Below are positions 17,343 to 26,626 of a DNA stretch of 64,000 bases, in pieces (position 1 is the first letter of the stretch; every line of letters starts with the position of its first letter). Position numbers and translations under genes: made by a program. A model generated the notes under the pieces. It was given only the letters and a program-made list of their open reading frames with translations, did not search any database and was not told the DNA's origin. The stretch covers positions 577-64,576 of the forward strand of contig JAJDBF010000079.1 of NCBI GenBank assembly GCA_029261535.1. Direction: 5' to 3'. This stretch comes from Nitrospinaceae bacterium (GTDB lineage Bacteria > Nitrospinota > Nitrospinia > Nitrospinales > Nitrospinaceae).

Positions 17343-18134
17343 TCAGTTGATCTTGTAGCCGGCAAAGGTGAAGATGTTGGACGTGGCAAGTTTGGTGCCT
17401 TCTTTTAATTGCTGGCGTATGCGGGTGGGTAGCCAGTAACCTTCGGTTAGGTCGTAGAAAAATTCCAGAATTTCCTCGTATTCCTTCCCATTTATTTCGA
17501 AGCGGGACCGGCTTTCCAGCACCTGCGATTTTCCTCCCCGGTCGGCATATTTTAAATAGCTGGTGACGTTGAAAGGCGAGTGTTGCCTTTTTACCCGAAG
17601 CGTCTGGATGACCCAGCGTTTCGGATCGATCTTGAAATCGTATTGCATGATCGGATGCGGGGTTTGCGTTCGGAACCGGGCTTCTAAAAAACCCTTGCGC
17701 TGTTTTTCTCCAACGAAAGAATAATCTTCTAGGGTTTTACTCAAAGGAACAGGTAAAAACACCTCGGCGTACTGCGACATGAATTTTAAAATTTCCAGTT
17801 CTCTTAATGGGGAAACATCGGTGGTGGATTCATCCAGTTCAAAATCCGGGCTGTCCTGTCCCGCTTTCCAATTGAATTGAACGGTGGGATTGTTGAGCAG
17901 TTTTTTATTTTTCGTGTCAGAAAAAGGATCGAGTTGCGCCCACTGGATGCGGAAGCTCAGACGTTTGATTCCCTCGCGCTGTGGATAGTAATAATGGGAA
18001 TCCAACTTCTGGATTAAAGGAGAAGTCGCCTGGTCTGTTGCGCCGGACGATACATGCGCGAGCGAAAGGAAGGCGACACATCCTGCTGTAACGATACCTG
18101 CGCAAAACCGGGGGAAAGTACCCGTCGTTTTCAA
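17343..18134 (-). CDS. Secreted or lipoprotein hypothetical protein
   Basis: N-terminal hydrophobic signal (AGIVTAGCVAFLSLAHV). It starts 4 nt after the tlpA-like stop. No family motif recognised. Confidence 0.6.
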   Translation of the reverse strand: MKTTGTFPRFCAGIVTAGCVAFLSLAHVSSGATDQATSPLIQKLDSHYYYPQREGIKRLSFRIQWAQLDPFSDTKNKKLLNNPTVQFNWKAGQDSPDFELDESTTDVSPLRELEILKFMSQYAEVFLPVPLSKTLEDYSFVGEKQRKGFLEARFRTQTPHPIMQYDFKIDPKRWVIQTLRVKRQHSPFNVTSYLKYADRGGKSQVLESRSRFEINGKEYEEILEFFYDLTEGYWLPTRIRQQLKEGTKLATSNIFTFAGYKIN

Positions 18135-18138
18135 TGGG

Positions 18139-18717
18139 TCACTCAGCCAAAAGGCCAGCGTTAAATTCGTTGTTGAGGAGAATGCGCATCACCTTTTTGG
18201 AAGTCTCGCTGTCCCATTGACGCGAGCCGGAAATGAAACCTCTCAATTTTCCATTGGCATCGATCAGGTAGGAGGTGGGTAGTCCCATGATGAAATAGCG
18301 GCGTCGCGTTTCCTGATTTGGATCGAGTAAAACCGGGAATGTCAGTTTGTACTGGTCAACGTATTTCTGAACTTTTTCCTGGTCGGAGCGATCAATAGAA
18401 ATGGCGATCACCTGCACGCCTTCTTTTTTCATGGACTCGTGCAAGCGTTGCATGGAAGGCAGTTCCTCTCTGCAGGCATGGCACCAGGTGGCCCAGAAGT
18501 TCAGCAGGATGGGCTTGCCTCGCAGATCTTTCAAGTCGACCGTCTTGCCCGTGAGATCTTTCAGAGAAAACTCCGGGGCAACCTTGATCCTCTGCGGGTA
18601 CACTGCACCCAATTGTGAATAGGCTTCCTTGTGGGCTAATGCATTTCCCAAAAGAAGCGGTGCAGTGGAAAACCCCACAGCCAGAGCAAATACTAAAAGA
18701 GAATTTTTTACCTTCAT
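18139..18717 (-). CDS. TlpA/ResA-family periplasmic thiol:disulfide oxidoreductase
   Basis: Signal anchor plus the thioredoxin motif FWATWCHACREELP. Confidence 0.85.
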   Translation of the reverse strand: MKVKNSLLVFALAVGFSTAPLLLGNALAHKEAYSQLGAVYPQRIKVAPEFSLKDLTGKTVDLKDLRGKPILLNFWATWCHACREELPSMQRLHESMKKEGVQVIAISIDRSDQEKVQKYVDQYKLTFPVLLDPNQETRRRYFIMGLPTSYLIDANGKLRGFISGSRQWDSETSKKVMRILLNNEFNAGLLAE

Positions 18718-18727
18718 AACTTTCTCC

Positions 18728-19042
18728 TTATCGGGCGTTGCGATGTAGATAGTCCCGGATGGTTCGCATATCGTCGTTCGTGTAAGACACTTTTCGTTTG
18801 TCCATGAATTTAACCATCATGCCCAACACATGGTCCCATTGTTCCGGGGTGTGTCTTCCGGGGTGCGGCAATGCATGGCACTGATTGCATTGCGTGACAA
18901 AGGTCTGGTGGACTGCGGTGCCTTCTTCCGGGTAGCTACCCAGAGAAGCGCAACCGACGACCATCACCAACACCAGAATACTTCCCCAAAATGGTTTCTT
19001 CCATGAAACTTTTTTAATGGTGTTCATCATTTTATTGACCAA
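18728..19042 (-). CDS. Small lipoprotein c-type cytochrome (monohaem)
   Basis: Lipobox VVGC, and a single CxxCH (CNQCH) followed by PGRHTPEQWDHVLGMM. This resembles the haem-binding module C-x-x-C-H...R-x-T-P-E-x-W. Confidence 0.65.
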   Translation of the reverse strand: MVNKMMNTIKKVSWKKPFWGSILVLVMVVGCASLGSYPEEGTAVHQTFVTQCNQCHALPHPGRHTPEQWDHVLGMMVKFMDKRKVSYTNDDMRTIRDYLHRNAR

Positions 19043-19051
19043 ATGTTCAGG

Positions 19052-20227
19052 TTAGAAACCGAGTTCTCCGGGAGCCTTGGTGCCTTTGTAGCGGCGGCTT
19101 TTGGAGGTCGGAATTTCGATGTAGTAGCTGAACATCATGCGCCACTCTTCTTTCAACTGCGGACCGTTCACATCCTGATGAATAGGAACAGAGGCCAGCA
19201 ATTCCATCACGTGAAGGGGGAACGGTTGAAACTGAACGCCCGCCGTGAGGTTGACTTTGGTGAATCCATAGTTGTTCGGATCAAACAGAGGGCTTGCAAA
19301 CTGCCCGGTCGGCGCAAAAATACCATTGCCGTTGTTCCGGGTTGCTCCGGGCAGACCGTTGTACTCATCTTCCCAATGACCATTGAGCTGAAGTTGGACC
19401 AACGCACGCTCGTGAAACTGGAACATGCTGTACAGGTCGAATTTGAATTCGTCGCCCTGCTCATAGCCCTGATCATTTTCATGCCAGCGACCAGTGTACA
19501 TGGCGTTTAATCCGTACCAGAATGGTGAGGAAGAACCCTGAAAGGTCACCGCCATGATCGGGTCGAAACTGCCACTGCCCAGTTGCATTTTATAAGGAAG
19601 AATCTGACCGTTTTGTCCCGCTAGCGGACTTCGGGAAAACCGTTTGTTGATGTCTCCGGTGGGGAAGGACAGTCCACCGATCACCGAAAATTGTTTTGTC
19701 GGGACGAGGTTGTCATCGGAATAAAGTCGATATTTACCTAAAACTTTGGTATCGCCTAATCCTTCGGAGTGCATGGTGAAACCCTGCGCCCGGGTTGCAT
19801 TGTTGCCGAGCATGTTGTTGGCCAGCGGTCGGTTGAACACCATGTCCATATCATTCCGTTTGTAACTGGTCATCGCCATCACGGCAAAATCATCGGTGAA
19901 GGAGTACGCCCCTCCCAGCATGGTCATGTACATGCGCATTTCACGCGGGGCGGCACCAAAAGTTCTGCCATTGGGCATGCCGAGGATAGACTCGGTGACA
20001 ATGTCGGTGGTGCCGTTTCGGAGCGGACCCATCTGCATGAACATCTGACTCAGCTTCACGCGAAATTCATGCGTCTCCGGGATACCGCCGCCAAAAATAT
20101 TCAAGGGCATGTTGCCGCCGCAATGGGTACAACACAGGCCGACATAGGCCTGGACCGATGATGTGGGCAGAAGCCAGACAGAAACCATGAATGTTAAAAG
20201 TAAAGTCTTGAGTTTTTTAATGAACAT
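19052..20227 (-). CDS. Outer-membrane beta-barrel protein with a CCxxC motif at the mature N-terminus
   Basis: Signal peptide ending SSVQA. The mature start is YVGLCCTHCGG. Alternating beta-strand-like composition, with a terminal ...ELGF (C-terminal Phe typical of OMPs). Confidence 0.65.
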   Translation of the reverse strand: MFIKKLKTLLLTFMVSVWLLPTSSVQAYVGLCCTHCGGNMPLNIFGGGIPETHEFRVKLSQMFMQMGPLRNGTTDIVTESILGMPNGRTFGAAPREMRMYMTMLGGAYSFTDDFAVMAMTSYKRNDMDMVFNRPLANNMLGNNATRAQGFTMHSEGLGDTKVLGKYRLYSDDNLVPTKQFSVIGGLSFPTGDINKRFSRSPLAGQNGQILPYKMQLGSGSFDPIMAVTFQGSSSPFWYGLNAMYTGRWHENDQGYEQGDEFKFDLYSMFQFHERALVQLQLNGHWEDEYNGLPGATRNNGNGIFAPTGQFASPLFDPNNYGFTKVNLTAGVQFQPFPLHVMELLASVPIHQDVNGPQLKEEWRMMFSYYIEIPTSKSRRYKGTKAPGELGF

Positions 20228-20380
20228 TTCAAATTCTCCGCAAAAATATCAGGAGTTTTTCCAACGAAAGGCGCACCACGTATTATTACTTTTGCGGGGC
20301 CTTGCAGGGATTTCCTGAAAAACAGGGTTCAGTCGTAATTTAAGTTAAGGGGTTGAACTGGGCGGAATTTAAGCTTGTAA

Positions 20381-20782
20381 TTACGGAGGGGGAGTTGTTG
20401 TTTCAAAAATTAAAATTCCGGGACTTTGATTTTGGAGGGGGAGGGGGGTGGCCCGGTGATCGTTGTATGGTTTAAGCAAAACTGAAAGGGTGACAGGGGA
20501 AACTGTTTTCTGAATGTTAACACCGGGAATACCCGCCGGTGAATTGCCGCACGCAGAAGTCAGCGATAGAGAAGCTTCCATGTCCTTTTTGGTATGGGGG
20601 CAAAAAGTGAGCAGGTGATTGCTGTGCTTGTTCAAAAGACAATGCAGGGAAACTTTTTTCGTTTGGTCATCAAACGGACTTTTCCCATGCGAATGAGGGT
20701 GTGCCAGCCCCTGGCTGGAAAACGCACTCATCCCAAGAAAAAGAAACCCGGTAAGAATGAAAACAAAACGAATCGCTGACAT
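20381..20782 (-). CDS. Secreted His/Cys-rich small protein (putative metal binding)
   Basis: Signal peptide, then HPHSHGKSPF...LHCLLNKHSNHLLTFCPHTKKD, and a Pro-rich tail. Confidence 0.5.
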   Translation of the reverse strand: MSAIRFVFILTGFLFLGMSAFSSQGLAHPHSHGKSPFDDQTKKVSLHCLLNKHSNHLLTFCPHTKKDMEASLSLTSACGNSPAGIPGVNIQKTVSPVTLSVLLKPYNDHRATPLPLQNQSPGILIFETTTPPP

Positions 20783-20879
20783 GGTTCACTTGTAAAAATA
20801 TTATTCGTGGATGTTACAATGAAATAAGTGTTTATGTCAAAATAAGAGGGCCGCGTTCAGCCTTACACAATGCAGGAGG

Positions 20880-21431
20880 TCATGGGGTTTGGGAAATGCC
20901 GCAACGCTTGCGGATCAAATCGCGGGCCCATTTGTGGAAAAAATTTTCCGGTCCTGCAACGGGTTCTACATAAATGAAGCGCATGCCCGCATCCACCGCT
21001 CCCCCATCGGTTATGAAGTTGTCACCGATCATGCAAACCTGTGCCGGGTTATCAAATTCAAGAAAGCGGGACATGGCTGTAAGAAAACCTGCCGGGTCGG
21101 GTTTTGCCGGAACATCAGTCACCACCGGGATGCCAGAAAACTGGTGGAATCGGTTCTCCTCCGCATTGGTAAAAATCGCAACACGCAGTCCGGCTTCTTT
21201 CATCTTATTAACATGGGCCACAACCGACGCGCTGTATTCTGTTGCCCGGTGCGGACCGAGAGTACCATCGGCATCGACAAGAACGCCGACAATGCCATCG
21301 GCTTTCAGGCGATCAATAGGCACATCTTCAAACCGGGAAACGGCGAGGTAGGTGGTCATCAATTGCGGTTGAAACAGCAGGGAGAAAAAACGATTTACCT
21401 TGACCCATTTCAACCCGGAGCGGTCCGACAT
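20880..21431 (-). CDS. HAD-superfamily phosphatase, YqeG-like (subfamily IIIA)
   Basis: DxDxT motif in VLVDADGTL, then FTNA, KPDP and GDNFITD motifs. About 180 aa. Confidence 0.7.
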   Translation of the reverse strand: MSDRSGLKWVKVNRFFSLLFQPQLMTTYLAVSRFEDVPIDRLKADGIVGVLVDADGTLGPHRATEYSASVVAHVNKMKEAGLRVAIFTNAEENRFHQFSGIPVVTDVPAKPDPAGFLTAMSRFLEFDNPAQVCMIGDNFITDGGAVDAGMRFIYVEPVAGPENFFHKWARDLIRKRCGISQTP

Positions 21432-21574
21432 GGTTTTCTGGTTTCCTCGATAATTTCTTTCAGATTGTGATAAACACCGTTCAACTTTACTTGGATATCT
21501 GTTGTCACCCTATAAACTTGAAGTGATTTTTGCAACCTGCATCAGGAATCAGGGCAAGAGGCGAACAATACGAA

Positions 21575-22432
21575 TCAGGGATTCTGCCAGTGAGGCAGGT
21601 CGCACAACGCTTCGCTTAATTTCCACAATCGTTCCTGATCTTCCACCCGGTAAGATGATTTCGCGCTTTTAACCGCTCGTTTCTTGACGAAATACCGCCC
21701 CGTTAATTCTTCAATGTCGGCAGACTCTGTCAGGTGAATCTGCGTTTGTGCTCCTCGCTCGGCGTTGATATAAAAAAAAGGTCGCACGATGGCTTTGCTC
21801 ACTTTGTAAAGTAACGACCCTTCTCTACCAAACCTGGTGTCGACCACTCCTGGATGAAGACAGTTGACCGTGACCCGGGTTCCTTGCAATCGACGGGCGA
21901 GGGCATAGGTGAACATGACGTTGGCCAGTTTCGACTGGTAGTAAGCTTGCAGGGAACGATAATTTTTTTTCATGAAAAGATCGTCGAAGTCAATCGATCC
22001 CCAAGCGTGAACCATGGATGAAACGTTGATGATTCGCGCCGGGGCGGACTCTTTCAATCGGTCGATCAATAACCGGGTCAGGAGAAAATACGCCAGGTGG
22101 TTGGTGGCGAAGGTGGTCTCGTAACCGTCAACGGTATCGAACCGGTCCCCGAGTAACACGCCCGCGTTGTTCAAGAGGACATCAAGACGCGGATGGTTCC
22201 GCAAAATTTTTTCCGCCAGACTGCGCACGTCACTCATCGCGCTTAAATCAGCGGAATAGGCATGCAGGTTCGAGTTGCCCGTTTTGGCAGAAATCTGGTC
22301 TCGTGTTGCGTCGGCTTTTTTTTTTGTTCTGCAAACGAGCAGGACTTCGGCACCCTTATCGGCAAGGGTTTCCGCGCTGACCCGGCCCAGTCCGGAATTG
22401 GCACCGGTAATGAGGATGGTTTTGTTTCGCAT
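21575..22432 (-). CDS. Short-chain dehydrogenase/reductase
   Basis: ITGANSGLG cofactor motif and the YxxxK element YYQSK. The start is moved to Met13 (22432) because the upstream extension would run through the osmC terminator. Confidence 0.8.
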   Translation of the reverse strand: MRNKTILITGANSGLGRVSAETLADKGAEVLLVCRTKKKADATRDQISAKTGNSNLHAYSADLSAMSDVRSLAEKILRNHPRLDVLLNNAGVLLGDRFDTVDGYETTFATNHLAYFLLTRLLIDRLKESAPARIINVSSMVHAWGSIDFDDLFMKKNYRSLQAYYQSKLANVMFTYALARRLQGTRVTVNCLHPGVVDTRFGREGSLLYKVSKAIVRPFFYINAERGAQTQIHLTESADIEELTGRYFVKKRAVKSAKSSYRVEDQERLWKLSEALCDLPHWQNP

Positions 22433-22453
22433 AAAAATTTGCGGGAGGGGGAC

Positions 22454-22487
22454 AAAAAAAACCCGCACCTTTTGGGAAAGGTACGGG
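22454..22487 (-). terminator. Rho-independent terminator after osmC
   Basis: On the minus strand, CCCGUACC / GGUGCGGG forms an 8-bp stem (one G-U pair) followed by an 8-nt U run (plus-strand A run at 22454-22461). Confidence 0.7.
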
Positions 22488-22504
22488 CTAAAGTAAAGCC
22501 AGAC

Positions 22505-22930
22505 TTATTTCAACTTGGCGTTGAGACTGATTTCGGGGCCAGCCAACGCTTTGGAAACCGGGCATCCGTTTTTAGCCGCTTCCGCCAATTCTTGAAACTT
22601 GGCATCGTCAATACCTGGAATTTCCGCTTCCATATCCAGTTCGATTTTGGTGATAGCAAAACCATCGCCCACTTTTTCGAGATGTGCTGTCGCAGTGGTC
22701 GCGCAGCTTTTAGGGTCGAACCCGTTTTTCTCGAGCGTGGCCGAAAACGCCATGGAATAGCAACCCGCGTGGGCCGCCGCGATCAACTCTTCCGGGTTGG
22801 TTCCATCGCCACTTTCAAAACGGGACACGAAAGAGAATGGACCTTCGTAGACACCCGATCCAATTTTCATTGTTCCTTTACCGTCTTTGAGTTTGCCTTC
22901 CCATCTTGCAGATGAACTTCTTGCAGGCAT
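22505..22930 (-). CDS. osmC: OsmC-family peroxiredoxin
   Basis: 141 aa. The two conserved Cys contexts are AAAHAGCYSMA and AKNGCPVSKAL. Confidence 0.85.
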   Translation of the reverse strand: MPARSSSARWEGKLKDGKGTMKIGSGVYEGPFSFVSRFESGDGTNPEELIAAAHAGCYSMAFSATLEKNGFDPKSCATTATAHLEKVGDGFAITKIELDMEAEIPGIDDAKFQELAEAAKNGCPVSKALAGPEISLNAKLK

Positions 22931-23319
22931 CCGAAACTCCTCTATTTTAAATGTTGTTTTAAAGTAACCTCAAATGATCAACTTTTTCCGGGCAGAAAAT
23001 TAGCTTTTCACAGATTCTCACTCTTTCCTGAATAAAAGAATGCTACCCAACATCGATATCCGAGGTGCCTTAATGAAGGATGTAATTCGCGTAAACCGGA
23101 GGGTATCAACGGTCACGCGAGAACTTGGGAATAATACAGAATTGAGCAATATTATCTGGCTTGGGAATGATTGTCAAGCAGGGGGAAACCCTTTTAAAAT
23201 GAGGGTTTCTGCGCGGGATGACGTGGGCAGAGAAGCCTGTTTGATACGATTGCGGTGAAGACAGGTTTATGGAAAAAACCGGGCAACGAAAGGAGCAATA
23301 ATTTTGTTTGCAATCGGTG

Positions 23320-23883
23320 CTATGAAATTTTAGTCAGGGTATTTTTGTCGATATGATGAAACAGATCGGGTTTGCTCTTGATCTGGATTTGAGTGTCCTC
23401 TTCATAACTGAAACTGTTTTCAGAGTGGATAGTTACTTTCAATAGATAGTTTACCGTTTTGAATTCACGGTCGAGAAATATATTGGAGCAAATGCCATAA
23501 GTGTCCGAGCCGACCTTTGCCGAAAGTTCAAACGAATCGGCATTCTCATCGACGGTTCCCCCAGCCAGCACGTTCACGCCTCTTGGCACGATGAAGCAAC
23601 GCATGACCTGTCGTTCGGTCGCGTCCCAGAGCCAGTAACCAAGCTCTTCATGGAAAGGACTTTCTGCGCCCAGTGGCCAGGCAGTGGTTGAATAGCGAAG
23701 ACCATAGAGTTCCTGTTCGTGATTGTTCACCGGTCCAAAAGGATCGAACGTGATGCGTTCCCTGAATTTATTTTGCTCAACTCCACGGTCTTTGGCGGGC
23801 GCGGAGTCCTCGCCTTTATCCCCTTCCCAGATTCCAGCGAGTCTGGCGAGCGGCCCCAACTTTGCAATCAGTTTCTCATCCAT
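23320..23883 (-). CDS. Nitrobindin/THAP4-like beta-barrel (DUF1794-type) protein
   Basis: LARLAGIWEGDKGED...ERITFDPFG...LRYSTTAW...FHEELGYWLWD fits the L-x-G-x-W-x-G-x-G ... H-x-E-x-G-Y-W pattern I recall for this family. Confidence 0.5.
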   Translation of the reverse strand: MDEKLIAKLGPLARLAGIWEGDKGEDSAPAKDRGVEQNKFRERITFDPFGPVNNHEQELYGLRYSTTAWPLGAESPFHEELGYWLWDATERQVMRCFIVPRGVNVLAGGTVDENADSFELSAKVGSDTYGICSNIFLDREFKTVNYLLKVTIHSENSFSYEEDTQIQIKSKPDLFHHIDKNTLTKIS

Positions 23884-23993
23884 GCTTTCACCTCTTTGAT
23901 TGGGAAATAACCTATGAGGCTATTTTAAATCAAGCGGCACTAATTGTCCCGTGAATGTATGCGTCTTAATGAGGGAAGGGAGTTTGGCGTTGT

Positions 23994-24046
23994 TTAAAAA
24001 ACGGCCGGACACCCTGAAATCATCAGGATGCCCGGCACTTTAAAAT
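23994..24046 (-). terminator. Rho-independent terminator after the TonB-dependent receptor
   Basis: On the minus strand, CCGGGCAUCCUGA / UCAGGGUGUCCGG (11 of 13 positions paired) is followed by CCGUUUUUU. Confidence 0.6.
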
Positions 24047-24051
24047 TCACG

Positions 24052-25899
24052 CTAATTAAAATGGAAATTCATGCCGACAAAACCAGACCTTGTTTGAGTG
24101 CCAAAGGGGACCGCCACTTCATAATCTTCGTCCCAGATGTTTTCAATGCGCAAAGTGAACTCCAGATTTTTCGCGGGACGCAGGGCCAGTGCAATTCTGC
24201 CAACACTGTTCCCCATAACCCTGTTTCGTGCAGGAAAGCTACTGAAAGCCGACCCGCGTGTGTGCACACCGAACAGTGCATCAAAGTTTTCCAATGGCGA
24301 CCAATGCAGATTGACCGTGTAAATGTTTTCCGGTCGCCTCGGCAACTGACTGCCAGTGTTAATGTCTTTAGTGTCGAGATAAGTGTGCGTCACACTGACG
24401 CGAAAATTATCGTGCAGTTGAAAACTGCCGGAAGTTTCAAATCCTTTGGCGGTAGCCCGGTCCACTTGAAAAGCGCCAAATATCCCATTTAAAAATTGAG
24501 CGACGATGAGGTTGTTGTAATCGATATCAAAGTAGGTGGTGTCGATCACGATGCGTCCGTCTAAAAACTCCTGGCGCAAGCCCACTTCCCAACTATCGGT
24601 ATCCTCGGGGACCAGGTTTGGGTTGCCAAAAAATGGGAAGAAGAGTTGATTGAAAGTTGGTGCGCGAAATGCGGTGGCGTAGGCTCCGCGAATTTTTGTG
24701 CCGTACTTGTTGAGCTTGTATGCACCCTCGAACTTGTAGGTCAGGGCATCGTTGTAAATGGAATTGATCGTTTGTCGAAAACCACCCGACAGAAACAAAC
24801 GGTCGTCATAATTGAAGTTGAGTTGGGTGTAGTAGCCTTGCGCATGGTTCTCGCCTTTTAGGCCATTTGAAAAGTTCTGACCGTTGGTGGTCTGGTGCTC
24901 GAATCCTGCCACAACCGAAAACATTTTATTGATCTGAAAGTTATTCTGAAAGTCTGCCGTATAAGACCGGCTGACAATCACGGAAGGAAATGCGCTTCGG
25001 GTGTTGATTTCATTTTGACCGTAATTCAGGTTGAGACGGGCGTGCCACCAGTCAGTGAGTTGTTTCTCTACTGGAACCGCGAGGTACCATTGATCCGTTT
25101 GACTGCTGGCGGTGCTGTCCGTCACAAAGAAGGCGTTGTCAAAATCGTTGGCGGATTGCGTGTAGCGACCGATGAAATCGATGCGTCCGTCATCCAGAAA
25201 GTTTTTACCTATGCGGGTAGACACCGTGGTGTTTTCATAGTCGTCATTTTCGAGGGCACCGCGATTTTTATTGACCGAAGAAAAACCCTCGGTATCGGTT
25301 CGGGATGCGGTGATCGAGTAATCGAGAATATCGAGATCACCCGCACTGCCCACTGTGACTTTGGTTGTTCCAAAGGTGCCACCTTCTACGCCGACAAAAT
25401 GTTCCGGCTTTTTTCCTGCGCCACTTTTGGTGACAATATTGATCACCCCGCCGACGGCATCCGATCCCCAAAGTGTGCTTTGTGCGCCGCGTAGAATTTC
25501 GATGCGCTCAATATTGTCAAGATTGAGTTCAGCGAAATTGAAGGCGCCCAGTGTCGTGGAGTTTACCTGAACTCCATCGATCATGACCAGGGTGGCATCG
25601 GAATTGGCACCGCGCATAAAAATGCTTGAGGTCGAACCGAAGGACCCTGCCTGTACGCCGGAGATTCCGACCTGTTCCGTGAGAAGTTCCAATACCTGAA
25701 AGTGATTTTTCTCACGAATCTCTTCCTGGGTGATGATCGTCATCGCGGTGGCTTCGCTGTTTTTGGCATTGGTTCGCGTTGCCAACACTTCAATTTCAGG
25801 CAAGGTGCCCTGACTTTCTGCGGCGGAAGCAGGGATCGCCTGATAGGTATCCGTGCAAAGTAAAGCAAGTATCAGGATGAAAAATTTGAAACGTGTCAT
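24052..25899 (-). CDS. btuB: TonB-dependent receptor, BtuB-like (cobalamin/corrinoid uptake)
   Basis: Signal peptide and a plug region (IEVLATR...SSIFMRGANSDATLVMIDGVQVN) very similar to the BtuB plug, plus a long beta-barrel. It is preceded by a cobalamin riboswitch. Confidence 0.8.
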   Translation of the reverse strand: MTRFKFFILILALLCTDTYQAIPASAAESQGTLPEIEVLATRTNAKNSEATAMTIITQEEIREKNHFQVLELLTEQVGISGVQAGSFGSTSSIFMRGANSDATLVMIDGVQVNSTTLGAFNFAELNLDNIERIEILRGAQSTLWGSDAVGGVINIVTKSGAGKKPEHFVGVEGGTFGTTKVTVGSAGDLDILDYSITASRTDTEGFSSVNKNRGALENDDYENTTVSTRIGKNFLDDGRIDFIGRYTQSANDFDNAFFVTDSTASSQTDQWYLAVPVEKQLTDWWHARLNLNYGQNEINTRSAFPSVIVSRSYTADFQNNFQINKMFSVVAGFEHQTTNGQNFSNGLKGENHAQGYYTQLNFNYDDRLFLSGGFRQTINSIYNDALTYKFEGAYKLNKYGTKIRGAYATAFRAPTFNQLFFPFFGNPNLVPEDTDSWEVGLRQEFLDGRIVIDTTYFDIDYNNLIVAQFLNGIFGAFQVDRATAKGFETSGSFQLHDNFRVSVTHTYLDTKDINTGSQLPRRPENIYTVNLHWSPLENFDALFGVHTRGSAFSSFPARNRVMGNSVGRIALALRPAKNLEFTLRIENIWDEDYEVAVPFGTQTRSGFVGMNFHFN

Positions 25900-25927
25900 G
25901 ATGAATCCTTTCCTCGAAGGAGAAGAT

Positions 25928-26070
25928 TCCGGGCAGGTTTCCTGACTTGGGGCGACCTACTGACCATGCCTTCCCATTTCAAATATCGAAACAGTGGCGT
26001 AACAGGTGTTCGTTCCCCTCACAGTTGCGGGACAGTGCCGGACTTTCACCGGACTTCGCTTGACCGGAAT
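25928..26070 (-). promoter_or_regulatory. Cobalamin riboswitch (proximal copy) in the btuB leader
   Basis: The minus strand reads GGUGAAAGUCCGGCACUGUCCCGCAACUGU (26021-26059 region), GCCACUGU (25991-25998), GGGAAGG (25969-25975) and the B12 box AGUCAGGAAACCUGCC (25931-25948). It ends about 30 nt before the btuB ATG. Confidence 0.85.
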
Positions 26071-26293
26071 GGTTTGATAAAAAACTGCTGGCGCAGGGCC
26101 AACAAAAAAACTGCTGGTTATTAAGCGTACCTCTTGGAAAAAAATAAACAGTAATCCATGCCATGCTCGGGAAAATCCATTGGAAGCACAGGCAGGGATG
26201 ATGGTTCTTTAATGGAGGCGGTGCTTTGGTCTGATGGGATGGTGTCTAACGGTCCTTCCACCGGAGGAGCTCCTGTCCAGCGAGAAGAAGGGC

Positions 26294-26321
26294 AAAATAA
26301 ACCACTCTTGGGGAGAGTGAG
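26294..26321 (-). terminator. Candidate intrinsic terminator (expression platform of the distal riboswitch)
   Basis: On the minus strand, a CACUCU / AGAGUG stem with a 5-nt loop is followed by GUUUAUUUU. The stem is short, so this is tentative. Confidence 0.35.
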
Positions 26322-26369
26322 TGCGTGACCCTTCACCTCTTGTTATCGAAGAGAATCGTGAAGCATAGT

Positions 26370-26610
26370 TTGGCGAGGCTTTCTGGCTTCCGGTTCGTCC
26401 CAAATCTGCGCCTTCCCGTTAAGAGCTTCTCTGAAAACTGTTTTTGGCCGCGAGCTGGCCCCAAGTTAGGGACTGCGAGTTGCCGGAACAGTCAATATTG
26501 AATTATCAGAGGTCTTGTTAAAACAGTGGCCTGTGCAGAGTTGGTCCCCGGTTACAGCGGCGGACCCACGACGGAATTGCACCGTCTTTCCTCACTTCCA
26601 AACAGCGAGC
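26370..26610 (-). promoter_or_regulatory. Cobalamin riboswitch (distal copy)
   Basis: The minus strand reads GGAAAGACGGUGCAAUUCCGUCGUGGGUCCGCCGCUGUAAC (26551-26595), GCCACUGU (26523-26530), GGGAAGG (26411-26417) and a B12-box-like GAAGCCAGAAAGCCUCGCC (26372-26390). A longer peripheral insert lies between the core and the box. Confidence 0.7.
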
Positions 26611-26626
26611 ATCAAAATTTCCATCA

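Noticed and set aside
19052-20227. I considered the CCTHCGG motif of the outer-membrane protein as a haem c attachment site.
   Set aside because: The motif is CxxC followed by Gly, not CxxCH, so covalent haem attachment is not supported. I keep it only as a possible metal or redox motif.
23040-23258. Plus-strand ORF of 72 aa in the osmC/nitrobindin-like intergenic region.
   Set aside because: It has no RBS and no recognisable family, and the region contains hairpins (e.g. GAAACCCT/AGGGTTTC at about 23185-23212) more consistent with non-coding sequence. Its coding status is unresolved but unsupported.
26121-26403. ORFs 26121..26336 (71 aa, GTG start) and 26209..26403 (64 aa) lie between the two riboswitch cores.
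   Set aside because: Their composition is Pro/Ser/Gly-rich and unprotein-like. They overlap riboswitch and terminator elements and lack a properly spaced RBS, so I treat them as non-coding leader. A conserved small ORF cannot be fully excluded.
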